64,000 nucleotides of DNA from Caecitellus pseudoparvulus (GCA_965644315.1 CBFFRQ010000078.1:370647-434646); one strand, 5' to 3'. Positions 9,257 to 21,545 are shown, counted from the first letter of the stretch. A program made the numbers and translations. Notes: a model not told the origin generated them from the sequence alone.

Positions 9257-11557
9257 TCAGGAGCACCCCCCACTGCAGCCCACATCAGGGCCACACCCTG
9301 CACAGGACCAGGCATCTCCCGCCCCAACAGCGGTGAGGGCAGCAGTCACGATGCTCATAATTCCCTCTCCCAGCACGAAGCCTGATGCGACGACGATCAT
9401 GTACTCCTTGTGGTGTGCAGGGGCCCACCGCGCCCACAGCGCCTGCGCCAACCCCCCAATGACTCGTGGAATGGTCCAGTTCGGAGTCAGGTACATGCCG
9501 ACACCAGCTGCCGTGCCAGAGGGAATGAGCCACTGCAGGTGCAAGGGCATGCCTGCACCCACGGCAGCCGCCAGCACCGCCACAGCCCCTGCGATGCCTG
9601 CAGCAGCGCCAATGTGAGCTGGTGGATGCGCGTGGCCGGAAATGAGGTTGGCCATGTCCAGCCAAATGGCGGAGGTGGGCGCTGCAAGCTCGGGACCTGG
9701 CACGGTGTAGGCAGCTGTATACAGCGCGTACGCTGCGACGGTGAAGAGGACACTGGCGAAGGAGCCGAACATCTGGCCGTAGAACATGGCCAGCGGCGAT
9801 GTGCCTAGCAGGAACGCCGTCTTATTGTCTTGCGACATGTCGCCCGCTTGCTGTGCGGCGGCTTCGGCCACTGCGCCGGCCATCAAGTTCGACACGACGT
9901 TCCCTGGCGCCACACCAGCAAAAACACCCTGGCTTAGCTTGCCCAGGCCTGATGTTGGGTTCAAATCGCTCACGCCCAGCGCGCGAATGGCGAGGGGCGC
10001 CACCAGCACAGCCAGGATCACCGCCACCACCACTTCACCTGCATCTATGTTCATGACGGGGGCCACGATGGCCACGCACAGTAGGCCCGACAAGAACAAG
10101 CCTGGCAACCACACCACCGCAGGAACTTCATCTGTGGAGGCGAAGGAGCACCAGCGGGTGTCTGCACACTCCTGGCGCATGCGCTGCGGCATCGCGACCA
10201 GCGCAGCACAAGTGCGTTGCACGATGCTTAGTTGGGCCGTTTGGCGCCGCCTCGGGTGAACTGCATCGACATCTTCCTCAACACTTGGCTTTGCCAGCTC
10301 GGTTTCCGCGGCGAACACGGGCGCGTAGGCGCTGTGTTGTGCGGTGTTCCGGCGGGGTGGGAAGGCCCACGGGCAGGCACGTTTGCGGAGAGACGGCGCC
10401 AGCATGTCGCCCACCAGCACGACGAGAGCAGTGAGCGTGTCACCCAGCATGAGGGCAAGGGACACCCATGTGATCCAGCTTCGAGCTCCAGTCGTGCTGT
10501 CCATGGTGGCGCCAGGCGCCCAACCCTTCGCCTGTGCCACGGGGCCTAGCACGCCCCAGCCCAGCACTGCCCCCAGCAACATGCTGAGGGTGGTGTGGGG
10601 CCCCATGATGAGGCCTTGCCCCACATACGCCAGGGAGGGGGTCAGGGTCCACCCAAAGGCAGTGGCGCGCGGAGCTCCCAGCGCTGACATCACCGGCAGT
10701 TTCTGCATGATGGGTACGTAGTGCATGACCAGCGCTAGCAACGCACTGGCTGCCATGCTGACGACGAGCACCTGCCACTTGCTGCGCATGCTAGCAGGGG
10801 AGGCGGGGCTGGTTGTGCCATGGGGCGGCCCGCTCTGTAGCAATTGCTGCGCCTCTTCCTCCCCACTGTCCAGTTCGGGCGCCGGCGCCGGCGCTGAAAT
10901 GGCGCTGTCCTCCAACGCGCCTTCACCACCATCGTCACTTGGGGCATCCGAATCCAAGTCAATGTCGTGCTCCCCCTGCAGCACCGACACCATTTCAGCC
11001 GTGGCTGTGCCGGACGGAAAACGCAGCTTGGCCCGCACAATGAACGCTTCACGCAGCGGCACAGCCACGAAGACGCCCAGAGGAGCCAGAGCCAGGCACC
11101 ACAGGAGCTGCTTCCACACGGGGAGGAAAATGGGCCCTCCTTGCTCGGGGCTCATGACGGCAAAGGCTGGCAAAATGCCGACGAAGCCGCCTGCCAGCGG
11201 CATGGTTGCCGCTGCGACAGACGTCGCTTGCAGGAGCACCAACTCATGTGTGCCCAGGGGCAGGACGGAGGAGAAGTGACCCAAGGCCTTGAACAGGCCG
11301 AAGCCCAGCAGGGCACTCTGCAGGCTGCCCATGGTGACCCATCCTGGGCAGATGAGGACGGCGAGCTGTGCTGGGACGCTGCGAAACGTGACAGGGCGGT
11401 CGTGAAACGCACCAGTTTGAAGGCCAAAGTACATGTTGGCTGAACACATGATTGCGCCAATGCATGTGCCGGCGATAACTGCCCGCCACGAAAAGTGCAC
11501 ATCTGGCCTGGGTTTCGCCGCTGGGGCGCTTGCGGAATTCGGTGCGGAATCCGCCAT
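9257..11557 (-). CDS. Oligopeptide transporter, OPT superfamily (YSL clade)
   Basis: NMYFGLQTG-WVTMGS, ATMPLAGGFVGILPA, LRFPSGTATA, SLAYVGQGLIMG, DLNPTSGLGKLSQ, QAGDMSQDNKTAFL, ASGFVLGEG. One apparent in-frame intron follows QTG. Confidence 0.93.
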   Translation of the reverse strand: MADSAPNSASAPAAKPRPDVHFSWRAVIAGTCIGAIMCSANMYFGLQTGAFHDRPVTFRSVPAQLAVLICPGWVTMGSLQSALLGFGLFKALGHFSSVLPLGTHELVLLQATSVAAATMPLAGGFVGILPAFAVMSPEQGGPIFLPVWKQLLWCLALAPLGVFVAVPLREAFIVRAKLRFPSGTATAEMVSVLQGEHDIDLDSDAPSDDGGEGALEDSAISAPAPAPELDSGEEEAQQLLQSGPPHGTTSPASPASMRSKWQVLVVSMAASALLALVMHYVPIMQKLPVMSALGAPRATAFGWTLTPSLAYVGQGLIMGPHTTLSMLLGAVLGWGVLGPVAQAKGWAPGATMDSTTGARSWITWVSLALMLGDTLTALVVLVGDMLAPSLRKRACPWAFPPRRNTAQHSAYAPVFAAETELAKPSVEEDVDAVHPRRRQTAQLSIVQRTCAALVAMPQRMRQECADTRWCSFASTDEVPAVVWLPGLFLSGLLCVAIVAPVMNIDAGEVVVAVILAVLVAPLAIRALGVSDLNPTSGLGKLSQGVFAGVAPGNVVSNLMAGAVAEAAAQQAGDMSQDNKTAFLLGTSPLAMFYGQMFGSFASVLFTVAAYALYTAAYTVPGPELAAPTSAIWLDMANLISGHAHPPAHIGAAAGIAGAVAVLAAAVGAGMPLHLQWLIPSGTAAGVGMYLTPNWTIPRVIGGLAQALWARWAPAHHKEYMIVVASGFVLGEGIMSIVTAALTAVGAGDAWSCAGCGPDVGCSGGCS

Positions 11558-11827
11558 GCTGGACTTGCCCTGGCGTGATTTCCTGCGGGGCGCCCACTGT
11601 AGCCCAGAGGGGTGATGGACGGAGTTCACAGACTACTTCGCAGTCCACTACAGAAAGGCAAGCACTCAGAGTGAGCCTCGTGCCTCGCAGCCCTGCCTGG
11701 GGCGGAGCTTCGGCGTGGCAGCGGCGCAGAAGCCTTTGCGGCAGCGGGACGTCGAAACGGGGCCACGGTGCGAAGGAGCAGTGGAGACACGCAAGTTGCT
11801 AGGTCAGTCCTATGCGTGGCTGTCTTC

Positions 11828-12820
11828 TCAGCGTACGTCAGGAGGGGTGTGTTGAAATGTGCCGGTGGCAGTGCGCCGGCTCGCCTGCTTCGACGACCAC
11901 CCAACCTCCTCGGCACTGAAGCCAGCCACGCCCGGCACAACACCGGAGCCCCACGCTTCACCTGGTGAGTGCGACGTGTGCTGCTGCGCGACGATGCACC
12001 CTGGTGCTGGACCCGGGCAGCCACAGCACGACCACGCCAGCTCCACGGGGAACGAGCGAATGGCAGTGCAGATGCCGGGGTGCCAGCGGCAGGGGGAAGG
12101 GTTGGACGGGCAGAATGCCTCTTGGCACCGCGTGCAGCGCTGCAGGGACAGGTGAACAGCCACAGCGGCCGCCACACACTCCCTGCACGGCAGCCGGACC
12201 AGGGCCACACAGACTGCACACGCCTTGCCTTGTGGCACGGACAGCCGCCTGCCTAGCACAGGCACGGCGCCAGCATGCCACGCCCTGTCCAGACAGGCGC
12301 ACGCGCACAGCTCTGGCAGCTGGCTGAAACGCAGCACGAGGTCCACGGCAGGTGCAGGCAGCTCTGGCAGCTGTGTGCGTGGCAGCGGCAGGTCTGGTGC
12401 GCTCACGGCAGGGGCTGCCGCAAAGTACAGACCATTATCGCGCAGGCGGGTTCGGAGTGGCTTTGGGTGAGAGGGATCGTCGTGCTGCGGTGGCACTTTA
12501 CTCGCGTTGATTCGCTGACACGCGCGACATGCCAGGGCCACTAAGACAAGGCAGACAATGCCAGCCACGAGCAGGGTCAGTGCAACTTGCACTTCTTGCA
12601 TGGTATCCAGGCCGCTGGCGCTGCGGCGCCCGCTGTTTGCGAGCAGCAGCGCAGCACTGCGAGACTGGCTAGCAGCGGCGTGGCTGGCTGAGCCAGTGCG
12701 CTGCACGCTGGACTGCGCGCTGCCCCAGTACCACGACGAGGCGACAAGGCCCGCCAGGAACACACCACAAGCACCATTCAGGGCTACTTCAAGGAAACTG
12801 CGCTGCGCTGCGCTCTCCAT
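11828..12820 (-). CDS. Membrane-anchored F-box protein with Cys/His zinc-binding C-terminus (Btk-motif/CHORD-like)
   Basis: Two hydrophobic segments; F-box-like LPELPAPAVDLVLRFSQLPELCACACLDRAWH; CTRCQEAF...CRWHPG...WSCC...PGC...H. Confidence 0.6.
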   Translation of the reverse strand: MESAAQRSFLEVALNGACGVFLAGLVASSWYWGSAQSSVQRTGSASHAAASQSRSAALLLANSGRRSASGLDTMQEVQVALTLLVAGIVCLVLVALACRACQRINASKVPPQHDDPSHPKPLRTRLRDNGLYFAAAPAVSAPDLPLPRTQLPELPAPAVDLVLRFSQLPELCACACLDRAWHAGAVPVLGRRLSVPQGKACAVCVALVRLPCRECVAAAVAVHLSLQRCTRCQEAFCPSNPSPCRWHPGICTAIRSFPVELAWSCCGCPGPAPGCIVAQQHTSHSPGEAWGSGVVPGVAGFSAEEVGWSSKQASRRTATGTFQHTPPDVR

Positions 12821-13304
12821 GCCTGCAGAGCGGGAGGCTGTGAGACAGCCTGCTCAGCAACAATTTCCGCAACTCTCCCAACAGCACCGAGGTACTGAAC
12901 ACGCGGCGTGAATAGAGCAGCCCAAAGAATAGCCAACACACGCACTATTGACAAGCTCTAAATTGTTAGGGATTTGAGCGAAGCACGCCTTTGCTCCTAT
13001 GTCGCTCACCGAGCTTGGCCACTCTGGTGCAATCTTGCAGCGCAGGCGCAGGAAATTCCACGCCGCTGTGCTGCGAGAATGTCAAAAACAAGGGCATGCC
13101 TGACTCTTGCATGCTGCAGTACCTATTTCCTGTATCGCTCCTGCTCTACTGCGCTGTTGAGTGGGCCGTTGAGCTGTCGTACGTGGTCGAGCAAAGCCGA
13201 CCCTCCCGCAAAACATGCGCCCAAACGCAAAGCCTGCTCGGAAAGGGAGCAACCATGTGCTTCTGATCCTTGCCAGCTCACCAAGAGGCCCTTTCAGTGT
13301 CCCC

Positions 13305-16300
13305 ATGGCAAGTGCCTTGCGGCGTCTGCAGCGGCACGGCGGGCGGCGGCCTGCTGCTGTGGCAGGGCTGCCGCGGCCGAGTGAAAGCTGCACAGCCACG
13401 GGACTGCGTGTAGGACATGCTTCACATCATGTTGGATTGTTCCAGGCACCGGATCGGGCAGTGACTAGCTCCGCAGCGGCGCTGGATGCTGTGCGGATTC
13501 GGGGGCTGGAGCGAGAGGTGGCTGTGCCGCTGAATCCGCACCTGGTTCCCACCAGGCACGGGTCCCTGAGTGAGGCAGACCTTCAACACGTTCGGTACGT
13601 CCCAGTTCGGGTGTAAAGCTATGCTGAATCGCTTGTCTTCAGCTGCTCTGTGGCCGGCTTGTCTGCGGTCTTTGACCATCGTTTTCCGCACTTCTCTCAG
13701 GTGGATGATGCAGAAGGACGCGCTTGGCCAAGACATGTTCCTCGTCGGACCACCAGGGGCAGATCGTCTGCGCATTGCGCTGCTCTTTTGTGAAATCCTC
13801 GTGCGTGCGCCTGAGTCTCGCTCTGACATGTTTCATGTGGTCTCGTGACGTGTGAGTGGGACACACGCTTGGAGCACACCACGCCCTCCCTCCCGACACA
13901 GGGACGAGAAGTGGAAGTGCTGGCACTATCACGGGACACCACCGAGTCCGACCTGAAGCAGCGCAGGGAGCTGCAGGGTTCCAGCAGCCACTTCTCCGCC
14001 CAGGCACCCCTGCGAGCAGCGCTGGGTGGGCGCGTCCTTGTGCTGGACGGCATCGAGCGCGCGGAACGCAATGTGCTGCCCACCCTGAACAACTTGCTGG
14101 AGAACCGGGAAATGTCTCTGGAGGACGGCACCATGGTCGTCTCAGGGCCCAGCTACGACCGCATGCTGGCAAACGGCGCATCCCCTGCCGAGCTGACGCA
14201 GCAGGGCATCTTCCGCGTTTCCCCTGCGTTTCGAGTCATCGCCTTGGGCACGCCATCTCCACCTTACCCAGGGCGCCCTCTGGACCCGCCACTGCGCTCC
14301 CGCTTCGCTGCACGCACAGTGACTCCGGCTGCAGGTGACGCAGCCACCGTTTCCGCTGCCTGCCTGGAGCGCGGCAGTTCGCAGGCGTTGGCAGGAGGCG
14401 TGGCGGCACTCACAAGCACACTGCACCACCTGGCAACCTCGCCAGCTTCGCCCCTCATCTCTATGGGCGTGCACATGCCCCCATGCCCTGCCTCAGGCGT
14501 GCCACACTTGACGGAAGTCCTGGCACGCTTGCCAGCCGATGCCGAGCCTGCCGTGGTGGGTGCTGCGTTTCACAGGGTGTACCCGTTCACCCTGCTGCCG
14601 GAGGCGATGGTGCCCATTTCGCGGGCCAGTGGCGGGGACAAGGGCCCCCTGTCGCACCGCACCCTGCTCTCCGCGGCCGCATCCATCTTCAGCCCAGGTC
14701 GCAGTTCCGCCGCTCGCAGGGCAAGAGGATCGGACGCGGCCCAGGCACAGAGGGAGGGAGACACTCCCAGCATGGGTGCTGTGCAGGGCGCTCTGCAGCG
14801 CCTGGGGTGGCAAACCCCCCTCATGCACCCAGGCGCCGACCAGTGCGTGATCGGTGACACACGCAGCATGCTGGTGCCGTCCACGTCAGCCTACACCGTC
14901 AGAGTGACGCCAGGGCGCGATGGCACTGGATCAGCCGTGTTCTCTTCCAAGGAAGGGGAGTCCATCTCCGTGCCTGTTCCGTGTGGCAGCCAAGTGGACC
15001 AGTACGACGGCCCGGCCAGCATGCACCTGTCGCCTGCACTGCAAGGCACGCTGGCCGCCTTGGTGGCCGACCATGCGACAGGGCGCGACCTGTGCCTCGT
15101 CGCACCGCGAGGGAGCGGCAAGTCACTGCTGGCGTCACACTTTGCCTCGTGCCTGGGGTACACTGCCGACGTCTTTGCTCTGTACGCTGACATGACTGCC
15201 CGTGACCTGGTGCAGCGCCGAGGCATTGATGCTGACACGGGGGACACAGTGTGGACTGACTCTCCCCTCGTGCATGCAGCGCAGCAGGGCCGGGCTGTCA
15301 TCCTGGACAACCTGCAAACCATCCCTGCAGAGACGCTGGCCACCCTGCAGTCGCTGTGTGTGAACCGTCAGTTGGACTTGTTCGACGGCAGTCGCCTGGT
15401 GCCAGCACACGTGTTCGACGCGTTGGTGGAGGCAGGGCACATTGACACAGAGGGGGTGCCAACGCAGTCAGGCCTGTGTGATGGTGGACTGTCAGGTGCT
15501 GCAGGTGATGGCGTCTCGGAGGCACTTGCGCACATCATGGGTGCGGCAGGTGTTGGGGATGCCTCGTCAACCGCCGGCCAGCACGGCACTGCCCAAGCAA
15601 CACAAGCAGCCCTGTCGCGGCTGCCCGTCCAACGCCTGCGCCGGGTACACCCTTCCTTCCGCATTCTGGCGCTGGCCACGCCACCAGCTCAGTCAGCACC
15701 AGCTGGGGGGCAGGCGGCGGGACAAGGCGGGGTGTTGGGCGCTCCCCCCCTTGCAGATGAAAGTGGCAAGTCCAGTTCCGCAGTGGCAGCCACAGGCGCT
15801 GTTCCAACGGGCAAAGGGTGGCTTTCCGGCGACATCCTGCCCATGTTCGCATTCCACTGCCTGCCGCCAGCCAGCGTGGATGATGCGCGGGAGATGCTGC
15901 ACGCCACTGTGCCCTCAGCCTCTGGCGAGGTGGTCGTCGCCGTGCTGCAGCTGGCCCAGGCGCTCAAAGCGGCGGCAGTGGGGCAGTTCGCCAGCGACCC
16001 CAGCACCGCTGCAGCCCTGACGCTGTCCCTGCGCCAGCTGCGGCGCCTGGCCGCGCGCATCGCCGCATCGCCCCCCTCGTCAGGGTCCAGCGTCGAAGCG
16101 TCGCACGAAGTGCACGCCATCGTCATGTCTCCTTTCCTGCCCTCTGCGGCACAGGCCGCCGTGCAGACTGCCATCAAGGTGGCAGGGCTGGGGTGTGGCG
16201 TCGACCGGGCGTTTTCGTCGTCTTCCTCACCTGCAGGCGGCCTGAGCGAGGGGGAGCTTGGTGACGTCGCGGCGTCTGCGTGGCACCTGCCGGCGAGCCA

Positions 16301-18605
16301 TGCTGCAGTGCAGGTAGGAGGGCATGCGCTGCCACGTCAAGTGACGCCGCGCCGACCAGAGCTGGTGCCCAGCCCAGTGTTCTTCGACATTCCGCGGCAC
16401 ATGGAACACCTTGGCAGCCTGGCACGTGACTTGACTGCCGGCGAGCGGCACTTGTTGCTGCTGGGGAACCAGGGTGTGGGCAAGAACAAGCTGGCTGACA
16501 GGCTTCTGGCGGCTGCTGGGTGGGAGCGAGAGTACATTCAAGTGCACCGTGACTCGACAGTGGCGTCGCTCACCCTGACGCCTGCGCTGGAGGCAGGTCG
16601 CATCGCGTGGAGCGACAGTGCCCTGGTGCAGGCAGTGGCTGCAGGGCGTGTGCTCATGGTGGACGAAGCTGACAAGGCCCCCACTGAAGTGCTGGCAGTG
16701 CTGAAGAGTCTTCTGGAGGATGGCGCCATGCTGCTGCCTGATGGGCGGGCGGTGCGCGACTTGCACCGCCTGGGCGGTGATGGCGGGTGGGCCCACCGGC
16801 CATCACCAGAGGAGGTGCAGGCAGTCTTCTCTGCAGACGGTCGCAGCACGCCTGACTGGGTGCAGGCGTATACCAGCTTGCAGCACCCTGACTCGGCGCC
16901 CACCCGAGAGGCGGCTGGTGCTGCCTGGGAGTTGCTGGGCAAGGCTTGGCAGGCTGCGCGGGGCATCCTTCCAGTGCACCCTCATTTCCAGTGCTGGACG
17001 CTTGCCAACCGGCCAGGCTGGCCGTTCCTGGGCAATGATTTCTTCTCCGCAGCAGGCGACTTGTTCGCAGCCCACGTTGTGGACAACCCTGACATGGCCT
17101 CCGAACGGCAGCTGCTCGCGGCGTACGCACCCGGCGTGCCAGCAGCCACACTGGAAGCCCTGGCCAGCGCATTTGCAGACCTGCGCAGCCAGCACGAGAG
17201 CGGGTCGCTGGCGTACCCGTACTCTACCCGTGAAGCAGTGCGTGTGGCTCGGCATTTGGACGCGTACCCGGAAGACGGCTTGGGGCAGGCCCTGGGTGAC
17301 GTGCTGGCGTTTGACGCGTTTGAACCACGGTTGCAGGATGCGCTGGTGCGGACGTTTGCTCGCCATGGCATTGTAGTGGGTGGCAGCGACGCGAGCGTCG
17401 CGGGCGAGGCAGGCGGCGGCGATGACTCCCACGCCCAGCTGTCGGCAGAATGGACACTGCAGAAGGTGACAAAAGACGGGAAAGTGACGTTTGAATGGAG
17501 TCCTACGTCCAACAATCCGCCTGAGCTGTCCAGCCCCAAGCACGGCGAGGAGGACGACGAGGAGCACTTTGGGGGCAGCAACTACGCCGGTGGCAGCGGC
17601 GGGTCGAACACCGCCGGCTTGGGGGGGCGGGGCGGGCCGTACCGCCTGGACAAGGGGCACACTGTGCGGCAGGTGCCCCAGGAGCTGAAGGACCAAGTGT
17701 CCAAGGAGGCTCGAGCCCAAGCGAAGGCTATGGCTGAGGCAGCGCTGTCGGAACGCCTGGCTGACATCGGCATGTCGCGCGGCGACCACGCGGAGTACCA
17801 GCGCCTCATGGCACGGGTCGGCTCGCAGGTGCACGCGTTGAAGTCAGTCCTGGCCTCTGCACAGCATGTCGGCACGGAGCGTGTGTGGCTGAAGAACCAG
17901 AGCGTGGGGGACCTGGACGACACCCGCTTGGTTGACGGCACTGCTGGTGAGCGCGCGATCTTCAAGCGCCGGGCGGTGGTGGAAGACTCCACGCACGCCG
18001 GCGCGGAGCAGGGGCAGCCTGTTAAGCTGCACTTCGTGTTCGATGTGTCTGGCTCCATGTTCCGCTTCAACGGCCAGGACGGGCGGCTGTTCCGGTCTCT
18101 GGAAACGGCACTCATGATCATGGAGGGTTTCCGCGGCCAGGAAGCCAAGTACCAGTACTGCATGACGGGGCACAGTGGAGACAGCGCAGACATCCCCCTG
18201 GTGCCGTATGGGGCGCCCCCTGCAGATGAAGGTGAGCGTCTGGCTGTGCTGCAGACCATGGTGGCGCACTCGCAGTTCACGTTTCCGGGCGACCACACGC
18301 TGGAGGCGACGGCAGGCGCCGTGGCAAGCATGGCGCAGCAGGACGCGCCAAAGGGGGGAAAGTACGTCTTTGTCGTGTCAGACGCCAATTTGAGGCGGTA
18401 TGGCATCCCCGTCTCTGCGTTGGCGAAAGCAGCCACCTCCCACCCCGACGTGCGCACGTTCAGCATCTTCATCGCCAGTATGGGCGACGAGGCGCAACGC
18501 ACGGTGGATGGCATGCCGCCCGGCACGGCGTTTGCTGCGTTGGACACGGAGAAGTTGCCCAGCATCTTCCAGCGCATCTTTGCAAGTCACTTCAGCGCCA
18601 GGTGA
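13305..18605 (+). CDS. VWA8: von Willebrand factor A domain-containing protein 8 (AAA+ ATPase repeats plus VWA)
   Basis: RWMMQKDALGQDMFLVGPPG, LSRDTTESDLKQRRE, ERNVLPTLNNLLENREM, Walker A motifs (APRGSGKS, GNQGVGKN), AGGSGGSNTAGLGGRGGPYRLDKGH and the VWA DVSGSM motif. At least two short 5' introns. Confidence 0.95.
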
Positions 18606-19138
18606 GGGGGCGGTGCTGAAGGGAGGCCCGCCGGGGGGGGGCCGACACCGCTGGCCTTGCTTGCCAAATACAAGAAACCTGATGAATCGGATTGTGCCTC
18701 GTGCTTTCTGCACTCTATGGGCATCCTTGCGCCAGCATTGTGCTGTTGGGCCGTGCCGAAGCGCACTTGTCGCCGGCAGGTCCACGCTGCAAGGCATTGC
18801 CTTCGACCCAAGTCCTTCAGAGCTGCACAGGCCAACAAGTGCAGAGCAAGCAGCTGCAACGTGTATCTGGTATCGTGTTTAGATTTCTGTGGCATTGCAG
18901 TTCGGGGTTCTACGTGACTTGAGCAGGTGCGTGAGGTGCGGAAATTGAGTGGGGATCGTTGTGACCAAAGCCGATGGCCCGGCGGGCGCCCGGTACTGCG
19001 CGGGGATGTGGCAAGTGGTGTGCTATGTTATTACGATGTATGCAATGCTTTAGTACCTGATTGAACGTGCATCACTGTGGCATGCCAGCGTTGCCGTGTG
19101 GCTTGCGGAAGTTGCACTCGCGCGGGCGTTGCGCAGGC

Positions 19139-21403
19139 ATGGATGCATCGAAGTTTGCACACAAGAGCACCGTGGACTTCTCCCTGCTGAACAACAAACA
19201 CCCCGGCCTGCCAAGCGGGGACTTGTTCATGTCCGACACCGCCTGGTCTGCGCTGTCGCGTCACGGCATTTCGCAGCGGATGGCGGAGGCCAATGCCGCG
19301 TCACAGCGCAGCTCGGGGGTCTCTGCAGGGCGCTTGCAGCGCTCGCAGGCCGGCAGTGGCGCCACGCACCCGCCCAGCACGAAGAAAAAGAAGAAACCGA
19401 AGACTCCCTTCAGAATCGTGGCGGTGGGCGGCTTTGACCCCGCCAGCGACACTGCCCAGCTGGCCAGCACACAAGCTTCGCTGCAGTCACCGGCACTGCC
19501 ACCCCCCGCTGGCCTGGCGTGGGGCACGCCGCGAGGGGGTCAGGCAGGGGCCTTGCAATCACCCACCTCCGTCCCCTCTCGCTTCGCCTCTCACACAGCC
19601 TCCTCTGTGCGGCGGGCCGCTGAGGTGGGCGCTGGGCCAGGCAGTACACGCAAGAAGGGTGAAGCCAGGGCCAAGGCAGCCCAGGCGGCGCAGGCAGCCG
19701 AAGTGGCAGCGGCAGAGCGCGTGTCTGCAGCTGCTCAAGCAGCGCTGCATGAAACAACTGCGCTGTCGCGTGCTCTGGCGCTGGGGGCAGCGGGGGGGGG
19801 GGGCGATGTGGCTGGGCGTCGGCCGCCACCCAGCCCCTTTCGCAGTCTGCAGGTCGCACGTGCCGAGGCAGGCTCGCCCGGCCACCTGCACCCCCGTGGC
19901 CAGCAGGCACAGGGCCGTTTGTCACGGGATCGTGCTGATTTGCAGAGTGTGCTGGAAGCTGCCAAAGCCAACCTGGCAGCAGTGGCGGCGGGGCGCGCGG
20001 CACCCCATACACTGAAAGCACAGACTCGTGTACTGCCGAGATCCAGCGCCAGTGTGGCGGCGGAGTCAGGGGAGGTGGCGCGGGAGGTGGTGGGGGCTAT
20101 GCGTGGTAAGGGGGCTGTGGGGCTGCTCCCTCGGGGGGGGGTGGAGGGGGGCTCCCGGACTGGGTCCACACGTAAACGGCATCCCATCCACGATCTGCGC
20201 TCGGGGGGTGACTCAGCTGACTCCAGTGCACGGCCACTGCGCGGCGAGAAAGACGTGGCGGGGGGCGACAGAGGCAGTGACAGTGGCAGTGGCAGTGGCG
20301 ATTTCGGCGTGGATTTGGAGCTGCTGCACCGGGCGACGGCGAGGGTGGAGGGGCGTATTACGGCTCGGGGCGGCCCCCTTCCTCTCCGTGGCACCGCGCG
20401 TCTCCAAGCCCTCGCAGCGCTGGGCATGAGTCCACAAGTGTCCCCAGCACCCTCCAGCGCGACATCCCCCACCCACCCAGGCGGCGAGGCGAGTGGACCA
20501 CCCTCTGACGTGCTGTCTGCAGCGGAAGCCACGCGGCGTGAGCTGAGGCAGCTGATCGGGGAGTACCCACCCCCCTCCGAGCGCAAGGCAGAGAGTGTGT
20601 CAGGCGCGGAGGTGGTGGCTGACGCCGCTCAGCTGGGCAGTGACCACACAGCCCCCGAAGTGCAAGCTGCGGCCCTCGCCGCCCGGATTGAGCAGCACAC
20701 GGACGGCTTGGCCAAGCAGGCTACACCCCCCGCTGTGGAGCCAGCGAAGCCCACGGCTACAGGTGCGTCGGCCCAGCGAACGACCGTTGCAGGCACACCA
20801 CAGCGGCCACTTCCAGCGGCGGTGGCACACGGGAGGGGGGGTGTGCCCATGCGAGCACCCAGGCAGCCGGAACAAGAACACACAGGGCCGCCCAGTCACG
20901 TGGACACGGCTGCAGTGCAGCGCAGGGCGGCACAGGCAGCCTCCTTGGCGGCAGAGGCAGCGGTGGCTGCGGTGGCGGCCAGCACGCCTGTGACTCCGAA
21001 ACAGGGTGGGGCGGACCGGGCGCCCCCTCCCCCACCTCACGTCGTTTCTCTGGACGTGGAGTTGGAGGAGGAGGAGCTGCACACTGCCACTGTGCGGGAC
21101 CTGATGGAGTCCATTCAGGACAGCCTTGGAACAGTTGTTCTGGCTCTGGCCCTCGTGCAGCCGGACGGGTCTGTTCGCCACCTCCCAAACGGCCCGGAAT
21201 CCCTGGCCCAGCTGGCTGTGCCGGCAACACTGGCGCTGCAAGTGACGCTAGCGGATGAACATGCCAGCGTGGAGCACAGCGCCGCCCCAGCTGGCTTGGC
21301 GTCTCCTTCCAGCCCGGGTGCTGTGGCCGCGGCCGGCACTCCCTTGCTGCCAGATCGAGCTGCCGCCGCGGCCGCCCGCGCTGCAGCACTGAGCGGGCGG
21401 TGA
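19139..21403 (+). CDS. Hypothetical low-complexity protein with possible C-terminal ubiquitin-like domain
   Basis: Long ORF with host-like composition, basic KKKKKPK patch and Ala/Pro/Ser-rich body. A beta-grasp-like segment (VVSLDVE...TVRDLMESIQDSLG...LAQLAV...LQVTL) lies near the end. The 3' end is uncertain. Confidence 0.6.
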   Translation: MDASKFAHKSTVDFSLLNNKHPGLPSGDLFMSDTAWSALSRHGISQRMAEANAASQRSSGVSAGRLQRSQAGSGATHPPSTKKKKKPKTPFRIVAVGGFDPASDTAQLASTQASLQSPALPPPAGLAWGTPRGGQAGALQSPTSVPSRFASHTASSVRRAAEVGAGPGSTRKKGEARAKAAQAAQAAEVAAAERVSAAAQAALHETTALSRALALGAAGGGGDVAGRRPPPSPFRSLQVARAEAGSPGHLHPRGQQAQGRLSRDRADLQSVLEAAKANLAAVAAGRAAPHTLKAQTRVLPRSSASVAAESGEVAREVVGAMRGKGAVGLLPRGGVEGGSRTGSTRKRHPIHDLRSGGDSADSSARPLRGEKDVAGGDRGSDSGSGSGDFGVDLELLHRATARVEGRITARGGPLPLRGTARLQALAALGMSPQVSPAPSSATSPTHPGGEASGPPSDVLSAAEATRRELRQLIGEYPPPSERKAESVSGAEVVADAAQLGSDHTAPEVQAAALAARIEQHTDGLAKQATPPAVEPAKPTATGASAQRTTVAGTPQRPLPAAVAHGRGGVPMRAPRQPEQEHTGPPSHVDTAAVQRRAAQAASLAAEAAVAAVAASTPVTPKQGGADRAPPPPPHVVSLDVELEEEELHTATVRDLMESIQDSLGTVVLALALVQPDGSVRHLPNGPESLAQLAVPATLALQVTLADEHASVEHSAAPAGLASPSSPGAVAAAGTPLLPDRAAAAAARAAALSGR

Positions 21404-21545
21404 GTGTGCGTGGTGTGGTGTGGTGTGGGTTTTGTGGATGTGTGGCTGCCTAACCTGCGTACCGTGCAGGCGCAGAGAGTGCAATGCAAATGTGAGTTTG
21501 ACCAGGGGGCATTGCATTGTGCGACGGGGCCTGCCGATTGGCGCA

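Noticed and set aside
21400-21469. Intron-like segment (GTGAGT...CTAAC...TGCAG) overlapping the orphan gene's stop
   Set aside because: Splicing would extend the ORF through the putative 3' signal and into the ELP1 stop region. This cannot be resolved without transcripts, so the unspliced stop was kept.
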